Below, in pieces: positions 37,949 to 46,663 of a stretch of 64,000 bases of DNA. The notes beneath the pieces were generated by a model, which saw only the letters and a list, made by a program, of their open reading frames with translations, was not told the DNA's origin and did not search any database. Within the stretch, counting starts at the first letter, position 1. The number at the start of each line of letters is the position of its first letter. The translations under genes were made by a program, and so were the position numbers. The DNA comes from Nitrospirota bacterium (GTDB lineage: Bacteria > Nitrospirota > Nitrospiria > JACQBZ01), in NCBI GenBank assembly GCA_016200255.1, contig JACQFA010000095.1:112-64111 (forward strand), read 5' to 3'.

Positions 37949-39072
37949 GACCGCCTCCTCCCGTCCGTCGCCCGACGGTAGAGCGACTCATACCTGTTGA
38001 TCATCTCCGAGAGCGAGAAGCGGCTCTCAACATGCTGTTTTCCGGCCTCGCCGTATCGCGCGCGGGCCGATTCATCCGAAAGCAGTTTCAAAATCGCATC
38101 GGCCAGGTTTTCCGGAGCGCGCGGCGGAACCACCAGTCCGCGTTCGCCGTTTGAGACCAGCTCAGGAATGCAGCCCACGGCGGTCGCCACGACCGGCCGG
38201 CCGGCCGCCATCGCCTCCAGCAACGAGATCGGAAGCCCCTCTTCATGCGAGGATAAAACAAACAGATCGAAGGCCGGAAGCAGTCGCTGGACATCCGATC
38301 GGAAGCCGACGAACCGGACCGATTCGCCCAGACCCAGATTAGCCGCAAACCCGACCAGCCGATCACGTAGCTCCCCGTCACCGACCATCACCAGCCGTGC
38401 GGCGGGAAGGGATTGATGAACTCGCGCAAACGCGCGCAGCAGCGTTTCCTGATCCTTGGCGGCCGTCAGCCGCGCGACATGCCCGATCACCGGCCCGCCG
38501 GACGAATCCAGTCCCAGCTCGGTCCGGATCGCGGTAAGATCGACCAAGTCGTTTCGCGCCATAACGATGCCCTGATGAATCACTTCCAGCCTTTCCGGAG
38601 CGATCCCGACCCGATCCACGAAAAACCGCCCCACATCGTCTCCGACCACGACGGTCTTCCAGACCAGCGGCAGCACCCATCGCGCGATCCATTGGTTCCG
38701 GCTCCGTTGAAGAAAGGTGTAGTATTCATGTTCCGTATGGATCACCGGAATCCCCAGAAGACGGGCCGGGCCGATCGTATAGAGGAGCTGACCCAGATGA
38801 TGCGTCTGGACCGCGTCCACGCGCTCGTCCCGTAATATTCGGTAGAGCTGCATCGGCATCGACCAATCCTTTCCGTCGCGACGGTTCAGAACAAACCAGG
38901 GGATATCGTCTTTTTGCAGCAAGTCCGACAACGGCCCGTCGCCGTTTATGCCGCAGACCATCGGCCGGAAGCGCGAGCGGTCGAGCCCTGAAGCGATGGT
39001 GGAGGCCATCCGCTCGGACCCACCCATTTTGAAGGAATAGATCACCTGCAGTATTGTCAGACGCTTATCCAT
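37936..39072 (-). CDS. GT4 glycosyltransferase
   Basis: GGSER, HTEH, VARLTAAKDQ and EGLPISLLEAMAAG. Confidence 0.92.
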   Translation of the reverse strand: MDKRLTILQVIYSFKMGGSERMASTIASGLDRSRFRPMVCGINGDGPLSDLLQKDDIPWFVLNRRDGKDWSMPMQLYRILRDERVDAVQTHHLGQLLYTIGPARLLGIPVIHTEHEYYTFLQRSRNQWIARWVLPLVWKTVVVGDDVGRFFVDRVGIAPERLEVIHQGIVMARNDLVDLTAIRTELGLDSSGGPVIGHVARLTAAKDQETLLRAFARVHQSLPAARLVMVGDGELRDRLVGFAANLGLGESVRFVGFRSDVQRLLPAFDLFVLSSHEEGLPISLLEAMAAGRPVVATAVGCIPELVSNGERGLVVPPRAPENLADAILKLLSDESARARYGEAGKQHVESRFSLSEMINRYESLYRRATDGRRRSCAA

Positions 39073-40210
39073 GAAGCACCGGAGGCGCCATCAATCGTTC
39101 GTAAAGAGCTTTTACCCGCTTCATGCGCTCGGCCAGCGAATACCGGGCCGCAGCCGCGGCCCGGCCGGCCTCGCCGATCTTGCTTCTCTCCTCGGGATGA
39201 TCGATCATAAACCGGATCGCGCGCGCGAGCGCATCGGCATCCCCGGGAGGGACCAGGAGGCCGCTTTTCCGATCGGTCACCATCTCCGGAATCCCGCCCA
39301 CGGCCGTCGCGATCAGGGGGATTCCACGGCCCATCGCCTCCAACGCGACGTTCGGGATGCCTTCGCTTAAGGACGGAATCACGGCGAGATCCATGCCGGC
39401 GTAAATCGCCGTCATATCGTTCCGGTATCCCAGGAAGCAGACGCGGCCGTTCAGCCCAAGCACTGCGACCTGCTGTTTTAAGCCCTGCTCATCCGGGCCC
39501 TCGCCGATCAGGAGCGCCATAACGGCTCGATCGTTGAGACGGGTCAGGGCCTCGATCAGGACTCCCTGGCCTTTTTCGCGACTGAGCCGGCCCACCGCCC
39601 CGATCACGATCGCATCGTCGGAGGCCCCCAAATCCCGCCGGGCCTGCTGCCGTGTCCGGGGATCGGGAGCGGCTTCCGGAAGCCATGCATTTGGAATAAC
39701 TTCCAGATGCGATCGGGAACGGCCGAGGCGGGCCGCAACGACGCGGCCGATCGCCTCCGATACCGGTACGATTCCATCAGCATGCCGGACGGCCCAAAGC
39801 TCCAGGGCATAATACAGACGGATCTTCAGGTTCTCGTTGGTCGTGCCGTGCAGATACCCGCACCAGCGCATCCCCGCTTGCCGCATCCGGGACGAAAGCA
39901 GCGCACCGACGACGTTGGCCTTGTAACTGTGGGTCTGGAGAAGATCGATCCGGTTCTTGAGCATATCCGACCGGACCAACGACGGCAGCCGGGGGTCAAA
40001 AGGAAAGCGTTCCTCAAAAATCCACACGGGAAGCCCCTCGGCGCGGCAGGCCTCGATGAAGGGGGAGGTTTTGAGCGGACGACGGAGGAAGGCGGCCAAC
40101 CGGACCGTCAGTCCGTATCCCGGCGCGGCCTTGCAAAAGGCGATCAATTGCTTGCCCGGTCCTCCGACGCGGAATGTATCGATCAATGCCAAGACGCGGA
40201 TCCCCGTCAC
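39065..40210 (-). CDS. GT4 glycosyltransferase
   Basis: GGPGKQ, VGRLSREKG and EGIPNVALEAMG. Confidence 0.92.
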   Translation of the reverse strand: MTGIRVLALIDTFRVGGPGKQLIAFCKAAPGYGLTVRLAAFLRRPLKTSPFIEACRAEGLPVWIFEERFPFDPRLPSLVRSDMLKNRIDLLQTHSYKANVVGALLSSRMRQAGMRWCGYLHGTTNENLKIRLYYALELWAVRHADGIVPVSEAIGRVVAARLGRSRSHLEVIPNAWLPEAAPDPRTRQQARRDLGASDDAIVIGAVGRLSREKGQGVLIEALTRLNDRAVMALLIGEGPDEQGLKQQVAVLGLNGRVCFLGYRNDMTAIYAGMDLAVIPSLSEGIPNVALEAMGRGIPLIATAVGGIPEMVTDRKSGLLVPPGDADALARAIRFMIDHPEERSKIGEAGRAAAAARYSLAERMKRVKALYERLMAPPVLHG

Positions 40211-40902
40211 AGCCGTTTCACCACCCGGGCCGGATTGCCGCAGGCGACCGCTCCGGACGGCAGATCCGACGTCACAACACTCCCGGCCCCCACCACCGTG
40301 CCCCGGCCGATCCGGACGCCCTTTAGAATAATGGACCGGCTGCCAATCCAGACATCGTCCTCGATCACGACCGGACGGATGCGATCCGGCGAAACCGGCT
40401 CCCTCCGGCGACGCGCGTCGGCATCCAGCGGATGGCCGTCATGATCGGAAATGATGACCCGGTCCGCAATGTAGCAGTACCGTCCGATCGTCACTTCCCG
40501 TCCCACGCTGATCGTCAGTTCGTAGCCGAGATAAGTGTTGTCCCCAACGGTCAACACGGGGGCGTCATGGACACGGTTGGCCTCGAAACTGGACTTGCCG
40601 TGCACCGTCACATTTTCCCCGAGATGGATGACGAGCCGTCCGTAAATATAGGGAACGCCCCCGATCAGGGACAGTCCCCGGCCGACCGAGGCACAGCAGG
40701 AACGGAAAAGCGGATCGGACCAAAAAATACGGTAGATCACGGCGGCCGACGCCAAGGTCAGTTCACGGAGATAATAGAGCGCGCCAAAGACCGGACGCGG
40801 GGCCGGCAGACGCAGCGTGCGAAGCGCCTTCCCCGTCCGGTACAGCAACGCGTAGAACCCGTTTTCCTGCCGTCGGACTTTGAGGAGAAAGTCTTCAATC
40901 AC
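40207..40902 (-). CDS. Hexapeptide-repeat O-acyltransferase
   Basis: DHDGHP, VVIEDDVWIG..ILKGVRIG..VVGAGSVVT..GNPAR. Probable GTG start at 40902. Confidence 0.9.
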   Translation of the reverse strand: MIEDFLLKVRRQENGFYALLYRTGKALRTLRLPAPRPVFGALYYLRELTLASAAVIYRIFWSDPLFRSCCASVGRGLSLIGGVPYIYGRLVIHLGENVTVHGKSSFEANRVHDAPVLTVGDNTYLGYELTISVGREVTIGRYCYIADRVIISDHDGHPLDADARRRREPVSPDRIRPVVIEDDVWIGSRSIILKGVRIGRGTVVGAGSVVTSDLPSGAVACGNPARVVKRL

Positions 40903-42292
40903 CGGGATTTCTCCTCCAAGGGGCCCCGGCCTTTGCGGGAAAATCCGGACCGGACACCGGCGAGGGATCTCCCGCAAACCGGGTCCCGACCGCCCGGGCC
41001 GGCTCCGGCAATCGCCCCTCCGTCATTCGGAACGAGGCCGTGATCATCGCAAGGAGGATGATCAGGATCCAGTCGTAGGCCTTGGACAAAAAAAGTGAGC
41101 TCACGAGGAACCCGACGAACGAGACCGACAATGCGGAGTTCAACTCAAGCGCCTCAAGAATAACGGAATCCCGAGCGGCCGATGCGAGCCGCTGGCGGGC
41201 CTTCTTCAGGATTGAAAAACCCGATATCACAAGCCCGATCCAGACGAGTAGTCCGGCCAACCCCAGTTCGGCCATCACCTGGATCAGTGTGTTGTGGGCC
41301 GTCCACCATGTATTATAGGGAAATTCCGGATCACGATAATCCTCGCCGTACGCGATCGAAAACACGCCCGTGCCGACCCCCAGAATCGGATGATCGGCGA
41401 ACATGTGCAATCCCGCCCGCCACATCGCCAGCCGGATCTGGGCGTTTTCCTCACCCTGGTAGTTTGCGATTGTGCTGAACCGGTCAAAGGCGCCTTGCGG
41501 ACTCACCAAGACAACCACGATGCCGAGTGCCGCCGCGAGAAAGAACACCGCCACTTTCCGACGGGAACGCATCAGGATCAAGCCCGCCACCGCCACCAAG
41601 CCCAGAAACCCGCCGCGGGACTGAGTCGCGATAACACCGCCCACCGCCAGCATCATCGCCCCGATCAGAAGAAAACGCTCTTTGGGCGCGGGATGCGATT
41701 GCAGCCTCCAGTAAATCAAGGGCAACACCATTACAAAACAAACGGCAAGGTCGTTGGGATCGTTGAACAGCCCGCCAAGCCCCTCGATCCGGCCCCGGTG
41801 CAGTAGATTTCCGGTCAGGTAGTCTTTCACGGCCATCAACGCCAGAACCACGTTACAGAAAATGATCATGCGAGTCAATCGGGCCAACGCGGACAGGGAG
41901 GCCGCAATGTTGACGACCAGGATAAAGACCGCCACCTCCTTCATGAACTCGGTGGCATTGGTAAAACTCCCGCCCGGCCAGTACGAAAACGGGATCGACA
42001 GGAGCATAACGCCTAAAAAGGAGACAAGGTATTGCCCGGTGGAATAGGGCATGAGGAGAATCCGCTGCCCGCGCCCTCGGTTCATGATGAACAACAACAC
42101 CGTCAGAACCAGGATGACCAGCACCGGCCGAAGGGGGGTGAGAACCGGAAAAAGATCGGCCGGCCTGAGAAATAAAAATACCAGAAAGACCGACAACCCC
42201 AGAAGCGGCAGGCGCTCATTGGCACGGGGAAACCGGACGAGTTGGATCGGCGACGCATCGGACGGCTTGAAGACGGAGGCCCCTTCTCTCAT
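40895..42292 (-). CDS. O-antigen ligase / Wzy-C family membrane protein (polymerase or O-oligosaccharyltransferase)
   Basis: Multiple TM helices; DPNDLA, TQSRGGFLGL, RLAMW...HPILGVG and AHNTLIQVMAELG. Confidence 0.88.
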   Translation of the reverse strand: MREGASVFKPSDASPIQLVRFPRANERLPLLGLSVFLVFLFLRPADLFPVLTPLRPVLVILVLTVLLFIMNRGRGQRILLMPYSTGQYLVSFLGVMLLSIPFSYWPGGSFTNATEFMKEVAVFILVVNIAASLSALARLTRMIIFCNVVLALMAVKDYLTGNLLHRGRIEGLGGLFNDPNDLAVCFVMVLPLIYWRLQSHPAPKERFLLIGAMMLAVGGVIATQSRGGFLGLVAVAGLILMRSRRKVAVFFLAAALGIVVVLVSPQGAFDRFSTIANYQGEENAQIRLAMWRAGLHMFADHPILGVGTGVFSIAYGEDYRDPEFPYNTWWTAHNTLIQVMAELGLAGLLVWIGLVISGFSILKKARQRLASAARDSVILEALELNSALSVSFVGFLVSSLFLSKAYDWILIILLAMITASFRMTEGRLPEPARAVGTRFAGDPSPVSGPDFPAKAGAPWRRNPGD

Positions 42293-42295
42293 GCG

Positions 42296-43435
42296 TCAGC
42301 CTCTCACCCAGAGATCTTTTTTGCCGCGCAGAAAACGGACGATTCCGACCACGGCGGCGGCGTTCAGGACCAGAAAAGCCGCCGGAACCGAGGCCATCTT
42401 CCGGAACAGCCCGCCGCCCGTCCAAGCCGTCCCCAGCAAACCAAAAAGGTACCAGACGACCTGCCCGCACAGCGTCACGGTGTAGATTCCGTCTCTAAGA
42501 AACAGATTTGAAACCAGCATCAACATCAGCGCAAACGGCACAGCCAGTCTCAGCAGTTTGTGCGAGACGAACTGAAAGGCGACCGGATTGCGCCAGGGCA
42601 GGGTCAGCTCCGGCATCAGATAGACGATCTGTAGATTGCCGGCCAGGGTCCTGACCTTCCGCCGGAACTCCTGGGGCGCCTCCTTCGAGACCGAATCAAA
42701 GGCCTGGGCCCGTGGTTCAAAAACCACCCGGTAACCCTTCAGAACGATCCGCATCGGCACCCAGACATCATCCAATAATGTCCCTTCCGGAATCGGCTCA
42801 AACAGTTCTTTCCGGATCGCATAGATGCAGCCCGTCGCCCCGACCATCGAGCCGATATCGCTCTCGGCCTTGCGGATCCATTTCTCATACGACCAATAGG
42901 CCGACACCCCTTCCCCGATCTGGCTCGGTTCGCGGTTCAAGACCAGCTCTCCGCTCACGGCCCCCACCTTCGGATCATCAAATCGGGCCAGAAGCCTCCG
43001 GACGGCCTCCCGGTTGAAGCTTTGGCGCGCATCGGCAAAGACCACGACTTCCCCGGAAGCCGCCTGCAGACCGGCATTCAACGCGACCGCCTTTCCGGCC
43101 GGCCGTGGCAATGCGACGAACCGGATGCGGCCGTCGAACCGCATATGCTCTTTGACCACGCGCTCCGTCCCGTCCGTTGAACCATCCGAGGCCACCACGA
43201 TCTCGATATGATCTTCGGGATAGTCCTGCGTCCGAAGGTTGTCGATCCGCCTGCCGATCACGGCCTCTTCATCCCGAACCGCCACGACGACCGACACCCG
43301 GGGCGGATCATCGCGCCGCAGCGTCCCCGCGTCGCGTCGGGCCGGCAGCGACCGAAGCAGGACCGGATAGCCTATGTAGGTATAGAGGACCAAGGCGGCT
43401 GAAAACCAGAACAGGGTCAATGCAACCGAAGTCAT
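42296..43435 (-). CDS. GT2 glycosyltransferase (CESA-like)
   Basis: SDGSTD, GKAVALN, FADARQ, LDD and RRKVRTLAG; flanking TM helices. Confidence 0.92.
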   Translation of the reverse strand: MTSVALTLFWFSAALVLYTYIGYPVLLRSLPARRDAGTLRRDDPPRVSVVVAVRDEEAVIGRRIDNLRTQDYPEDHIEIVVASDGSTDGTERVVKEHMRFDGRIRFVALPRPAGKAVALNAGLQAASGEVVVFADARQSFNREAVRRLLARFDDPKVGAVSGELVLNREPSQIGEGVSAYWSYEKWIRKAESDIGSMVGATGCIYAIRKELFEPIPEGTLLDDVWVPMRIVLKGYRVVFEPRAQAFDSVSKEAPQEFRRKVRTLAGNLQIVYLMPELTLPWRNPVAFQFVSHKLLRLAVPFALMLMLVSNLFLRDGIYTVTLCGQVVWYLFGLLGTAWTGGGLFRKMASVPAAFLVLNAAAVVGIVRFLRGKKDLWVRG

Positions 43436-44496
43436 GGTCTCACCATTTTATCATGCGCGGCCCGGAAACGGTCCCACTGCGACACCAGCCGGCCGAACCG
43501 CCGCCGCCAGGACCGGTCCGATTCACGAATTTTTCCGTACCGCCGGGGCCCGACCATCGCGTTCTCGACAAAGACCATCGGAACGGCCAGCGCCCTCGCC
43601 TCGCCGGACAAGAATTCGGCCGCGATGCAGCGCGAAAGCCAGCGGCCCAGCAAATGGCTGAGCCAGTTGTCATCGATATAAGCCCGGTCGAACGCCTCCT
43701 CGACCGAGGGCCGGGGGCCGCGGCCCGAGATCGGGTAGAAGGTGGATGCAAAAGCGTAGAGATCGGTCCAGGGAAGACGCGCCTCCTCGCCAAACGCCCA
43801 GTCGATCACGCCGATCCGTTTATCATTGACGATCACATTCAGATTGCAAAGATCGCCGTGCTGCGCTCCGAGGGCACGACCCGTTGCAGCCTGCGACGTT
43901 CCGTGCGTGCGGTAATGGTCGAGAAATCGACGCTCGTCCGGTTCCAGTTCAAAGGCCTTCACGAATTCATCGATTAACTTGGCGTCGGAGCGATCGGGCC
44001 GGCTCTCACCGGCCGCAGGGATCTCGGCTTCCACCGAAGGCGCGGTGGCGCGACGAAACACGATCCACCACTCCGCCAGCCGGTCCAGCACCGCTTCCAT
44101 TTCGGACCGCTCGCGTGATGAGGCCGAGGCCGGCCAATCTTCCTCCAGATGGCGGCCCGGAAGACAGGACTGGAGGAAAACCAGACGGCCCTCGATCCGC
44201 TCCAGGCCCAACGGGTTTGGAACCGACGACTTCCATTCTTCCGGAAGGGCCGTGCGGACCCGCTTTAAAAACCGGTATTCATGCGTCACCAGAGGTTCGG
44301 CTTGGGGGAAGCGGGCCACTTTCGCCACGGCGTGAGGCCGGTCGGCCTTGTCCTTAAAAATAAAAAAGAGCATCTCCTTTTCGGGCGCATCATCGAACGG
44401 ACCGACGATCAGAGACCGAAACGATTTGGGAGCCGGATCGTTCGGAAACCAATCGGCCCAACAATTCCGCGCCCGATTCTCGACGGACCGGATCAT
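43432..44496 (-). CDS. Aminoglycoside-phosphotransferase-like kinase
   Basis: AVAKV, HGDLCNLNV and VIDWA catalytic motifs. Confidence 0.8.
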   Translation of the reverse strand: MIRSVENRARNCWADWFPNDPAPKSFRSLIVGPFDDAPEKEMLFFIFKDKADRPHAVAKVARFPQAEPLVTHEYRFLKRVRTALPEEWKSSVPNPLGLERIEGRLVFLQSCLPGRHLEEDWPASASSRERSEMEAVLDRLAEWWIVFRRATAPSVEAEIPAAGESRPDRSDAKLIDEFVKAFELEPDERRFLDHYRTHGTSQAATGRALGAQHGDLCNLNVIVNDKRIGVIDWAFGEEARLPWTDLYAFASTFYPISGRGPRPSVEEAFDRAYIDDNWLSHLLGRWLSRCIAAEFLSGEARALAVPMVFVENAMVGPRRYGKIRESDRSWRRRFGRLVSQWDRFRAAHDKMVRP

Positions 44497-45164
44497 GATC
44501 GCTCCTCGCGCGCAGGCATCTCATCCTTCCGGACAAGCACGGCATATCCGGGCGCCAGATACGGGGCGATTCCAAGACGTCCGGCCAGCCGGTTGACCCG
44601 CCGGATGAGAGACCCGGTTCGTATATCGAGGTTCAGGAAGGCCGAGACAAAATAGTCCATCGGCCCCCTCCCGTCAAGATCCATGACATACTTCGGCTGC
44701 CTCCCATCGGGAAAACAGGCCCACCAACGCGACGGCCCGATTCCGGCCCGCTCGATGTTTTTTCGAAATCCCGAAAGGGTCAGCCCGGACGACCGTGTCC
44801 GGAGCCGGTTGTCGGCCGTCATATACAGATAAGCGCCCGCCGCCAGCACCCGTCGGCATTCACGGAGGGTCATTCCCAGATCGCCACCCCGGCCCCCGGC
44901 CCGTCCATAATCGGTCAGGATCACAAGATCGAACCGGCCGTCCTCGAACGGAAAGGGAGCGGTTCTCCCGAAATCGAGAGCGAGGGTGGAGACATGAGCG
45001 GCCCCGTTCACCGCATCCGGCTTGTCCGGACCCAGGTTATTTTCTAGAACCAGCACCTCTTTCAGAGCGGATGAGGGTACCAGATATCGCCAGATTGGGT
45101 GGGAATGGCCGGATCGAACTGTCTCCTTCCCTTGAATGCCCGTCATGAATCCCATCCGTTCCAA
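44493..45164 (-). CDS. Class I SAM methyltransferase-like protein (motif I degenerate)
   Basis: FPFEDGRFDLVIL and LRECRRVLAAGAYLY. VLVLENNLG replaces the usual GxGxG. Confidence 0.65.
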   Translation of the reverse strand: MERMGFMTGIQGKETVRSGHSHPIWRYLVPSSALKEVLVLENNLGPDKPDAVNGAAHVSTLALDFGRTAPFPFEDGRFDLVILTDYGRAGGRGGDLGMTLRECRRVLAAGAYLYMTADNRLRTRSSGLTLSGFRKNIERAGIGPSRWWACFPDGRQPKYVMDLDGRGPMDYFVSAFLNLDIRTGSLIRRVNRLAGRLGIAPYLAPGYAVLVRKDEMPAREERS

Positions 45165-46663
45165 GACAGATCTTTGGATGCGACTGTCTCCAATTGAAAT
45201 AGATACAGGATCAGCGGCGCCACCCAGGCCGTCGTCTCGGCATACCGGCGACTGATAAGGCTGTAAGCCATGCGGGGCAGTACGTAACGGCCGCGGATCA
45301 AACCCCGCGGTTGACGGATGCGGCCCAGCATGCAGCGTGCAAGATCCCGGATGAATTGAGCATCATGGGCGCGGGCGTCCACCAGCGCGGCCTTTTTGTC
45401 TTCAAACGGCAGGTCGGCATAGTTCGGATAGGACCGACGGATCGTCCCGGAATGAAACTCCCCATCCTCCAACGGTTCCGGTGTCAAAGAATAAAAAAAA
45501 TCGAACAGATCATGGTCCAGGTACGGGCTGAAGACCCGGGGAATATCTTTCATCAATCCGTAAGGCGACAGTGCGATCTCCCGTCGCGTCCGGTTCCAGA
45601 AATAAAAACTGGCCACCGGATTCGGGGCCTCGAGATGTTTTTTCAACTCCCGCGCCATATGCGCCACGGCGCGTTCCCGATTGAGGCTTTTTCGGAGGCC
45701 GTCGGCAAGCACACACTCCAGCGCCACCTCGTTTTCGGAAAGCATGATCCCGGCCAATTCACTCAATCGTTCCGCGCGGAAGAGATCCAGCTTGCGAAAA
45801 GAGAAAAAGACCGGCTCGGAGAAGACATCCCCCGCGATCCCGTCATAGACTGCGGCCGTTTTGTCCTGCATGAGGTGGTCCGTCATCCGCAGGTACCAGG
45901 CATGTTCATCGGAGCATAAGCCCGTCATTAGATTCTTTCGCCACTCCGCCCGGAAACGGGGCTCCGTCTGATCGAGCACAACATGCCGAACCCCCAGGGC
46001 CTTTGTGACCAAGGCCGCAATCCGCATGTCTTCGTTCGATCGCGGCGGATAATGTCCAAGAGTGATGCAGTAGTTAGGACGATACCCTTGCTCGTCCAGT
46101 TCCAGAAGGATATGACGCGAATCCCTTCCGCCGCTCAACGGCACGACAAAATTTCCATCGGGTGGAAGTCTTCGACCGATCGCCTGACGGAAGAGATTGT
46201 GGAAAACCTCCTCCAGTTGCAGTCGCGAATAACGATGCGCCCGGCCTTGAACATATTTCCCGACCGATGAAAGCCGGCCGTCTGTCCATTCCCATCGAGC
46301 ATCCGGGGGCACGGCTCGAATCGAATCAAAGGGCGTATCCTCAGCGATGAAGAAACCGACCCGCAGGAAAACCGACAGCGCATCGTGATCCAGATCGGGC
46401 GGCGCGCCCTCCATCAATAAACGGATGATGGAAGGCGACACACCGATCGTATTTCCCTTTTGAAAGTAATAGAGCGGATAGAAACCGTAACGGTCGTTGC
46501 GGACGACCAATCGCTCCCCATCCCAATCCCATTCGGCAAAAATTCCATCCGAGTCAAGGCCATCGCTCCCTAAAATACGATGACCCAAACGGCAGGACGG
46601 AATCCCATGGGTGACCGTACGGTCCCCTTCGATTGAGGCGAAAAAAAAGGGGGGCTCGCTCAC
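45143..46663 (-). CDS. Asparagine-synthase-related protein (ATP-dependent amide ligase domain, no catalytic N-terminal Cys)
   Basis: RNDRYGFYPLYY, PLSGGRDSR, DGIAGD and SPYLD. Probable GTG start at 46663. Confidence 0.8.
   Translation of the reverse strand: MSEPPFFFASIEGDRTVTHGIPSCRLGHRILGSDGLDSDGIFAEWDWDGERLVVRNDRYGFYPLYYFQKGNTIGVSPSIIRLLMEGAPPDLDHDALSVFLRVGFFIAEDTPFDSIRAVPPDARWEWTDGRLSSVGKYVQGRAHRYSRLQLEEVFHNLFRQAIGRRLPPDGNFVVPLSGGRDSRHILLELDEQGYRPNYCITLGHYPPRSNEDMRIAALVTKALGVRHVVLDQTEPRFRAEWRKNLMTGLCSDEHAWYLRMTDHLMQDKTAAVYDGIAGDVFSEPVFFSFRKLDLFRAERLSELAGIMLSENEVALECVLADGLRKSLNRERAVAHMARELKKHLEAPNPVASFYFWNRTRREIALSPYGLMKDIPRVFSPYLDHDLFDFFYSLTPEPLEDGEFHSGTIRRSYPNYADLPFEDKKAALVDARAHDAQFIRDLARCMLGRIRQPRGLIRGRYVLPRMAYSLISRRYAETTAWVAPLILYLFQLETVASKDLSWNGWDS

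Noticed and set aside
36071-46663. AsnB-like genes as lasso-peptide cyclases
   Set aside because: No precursor, B1/PqqD or B2 protease is present; the context is entirely glycosyltransferases.
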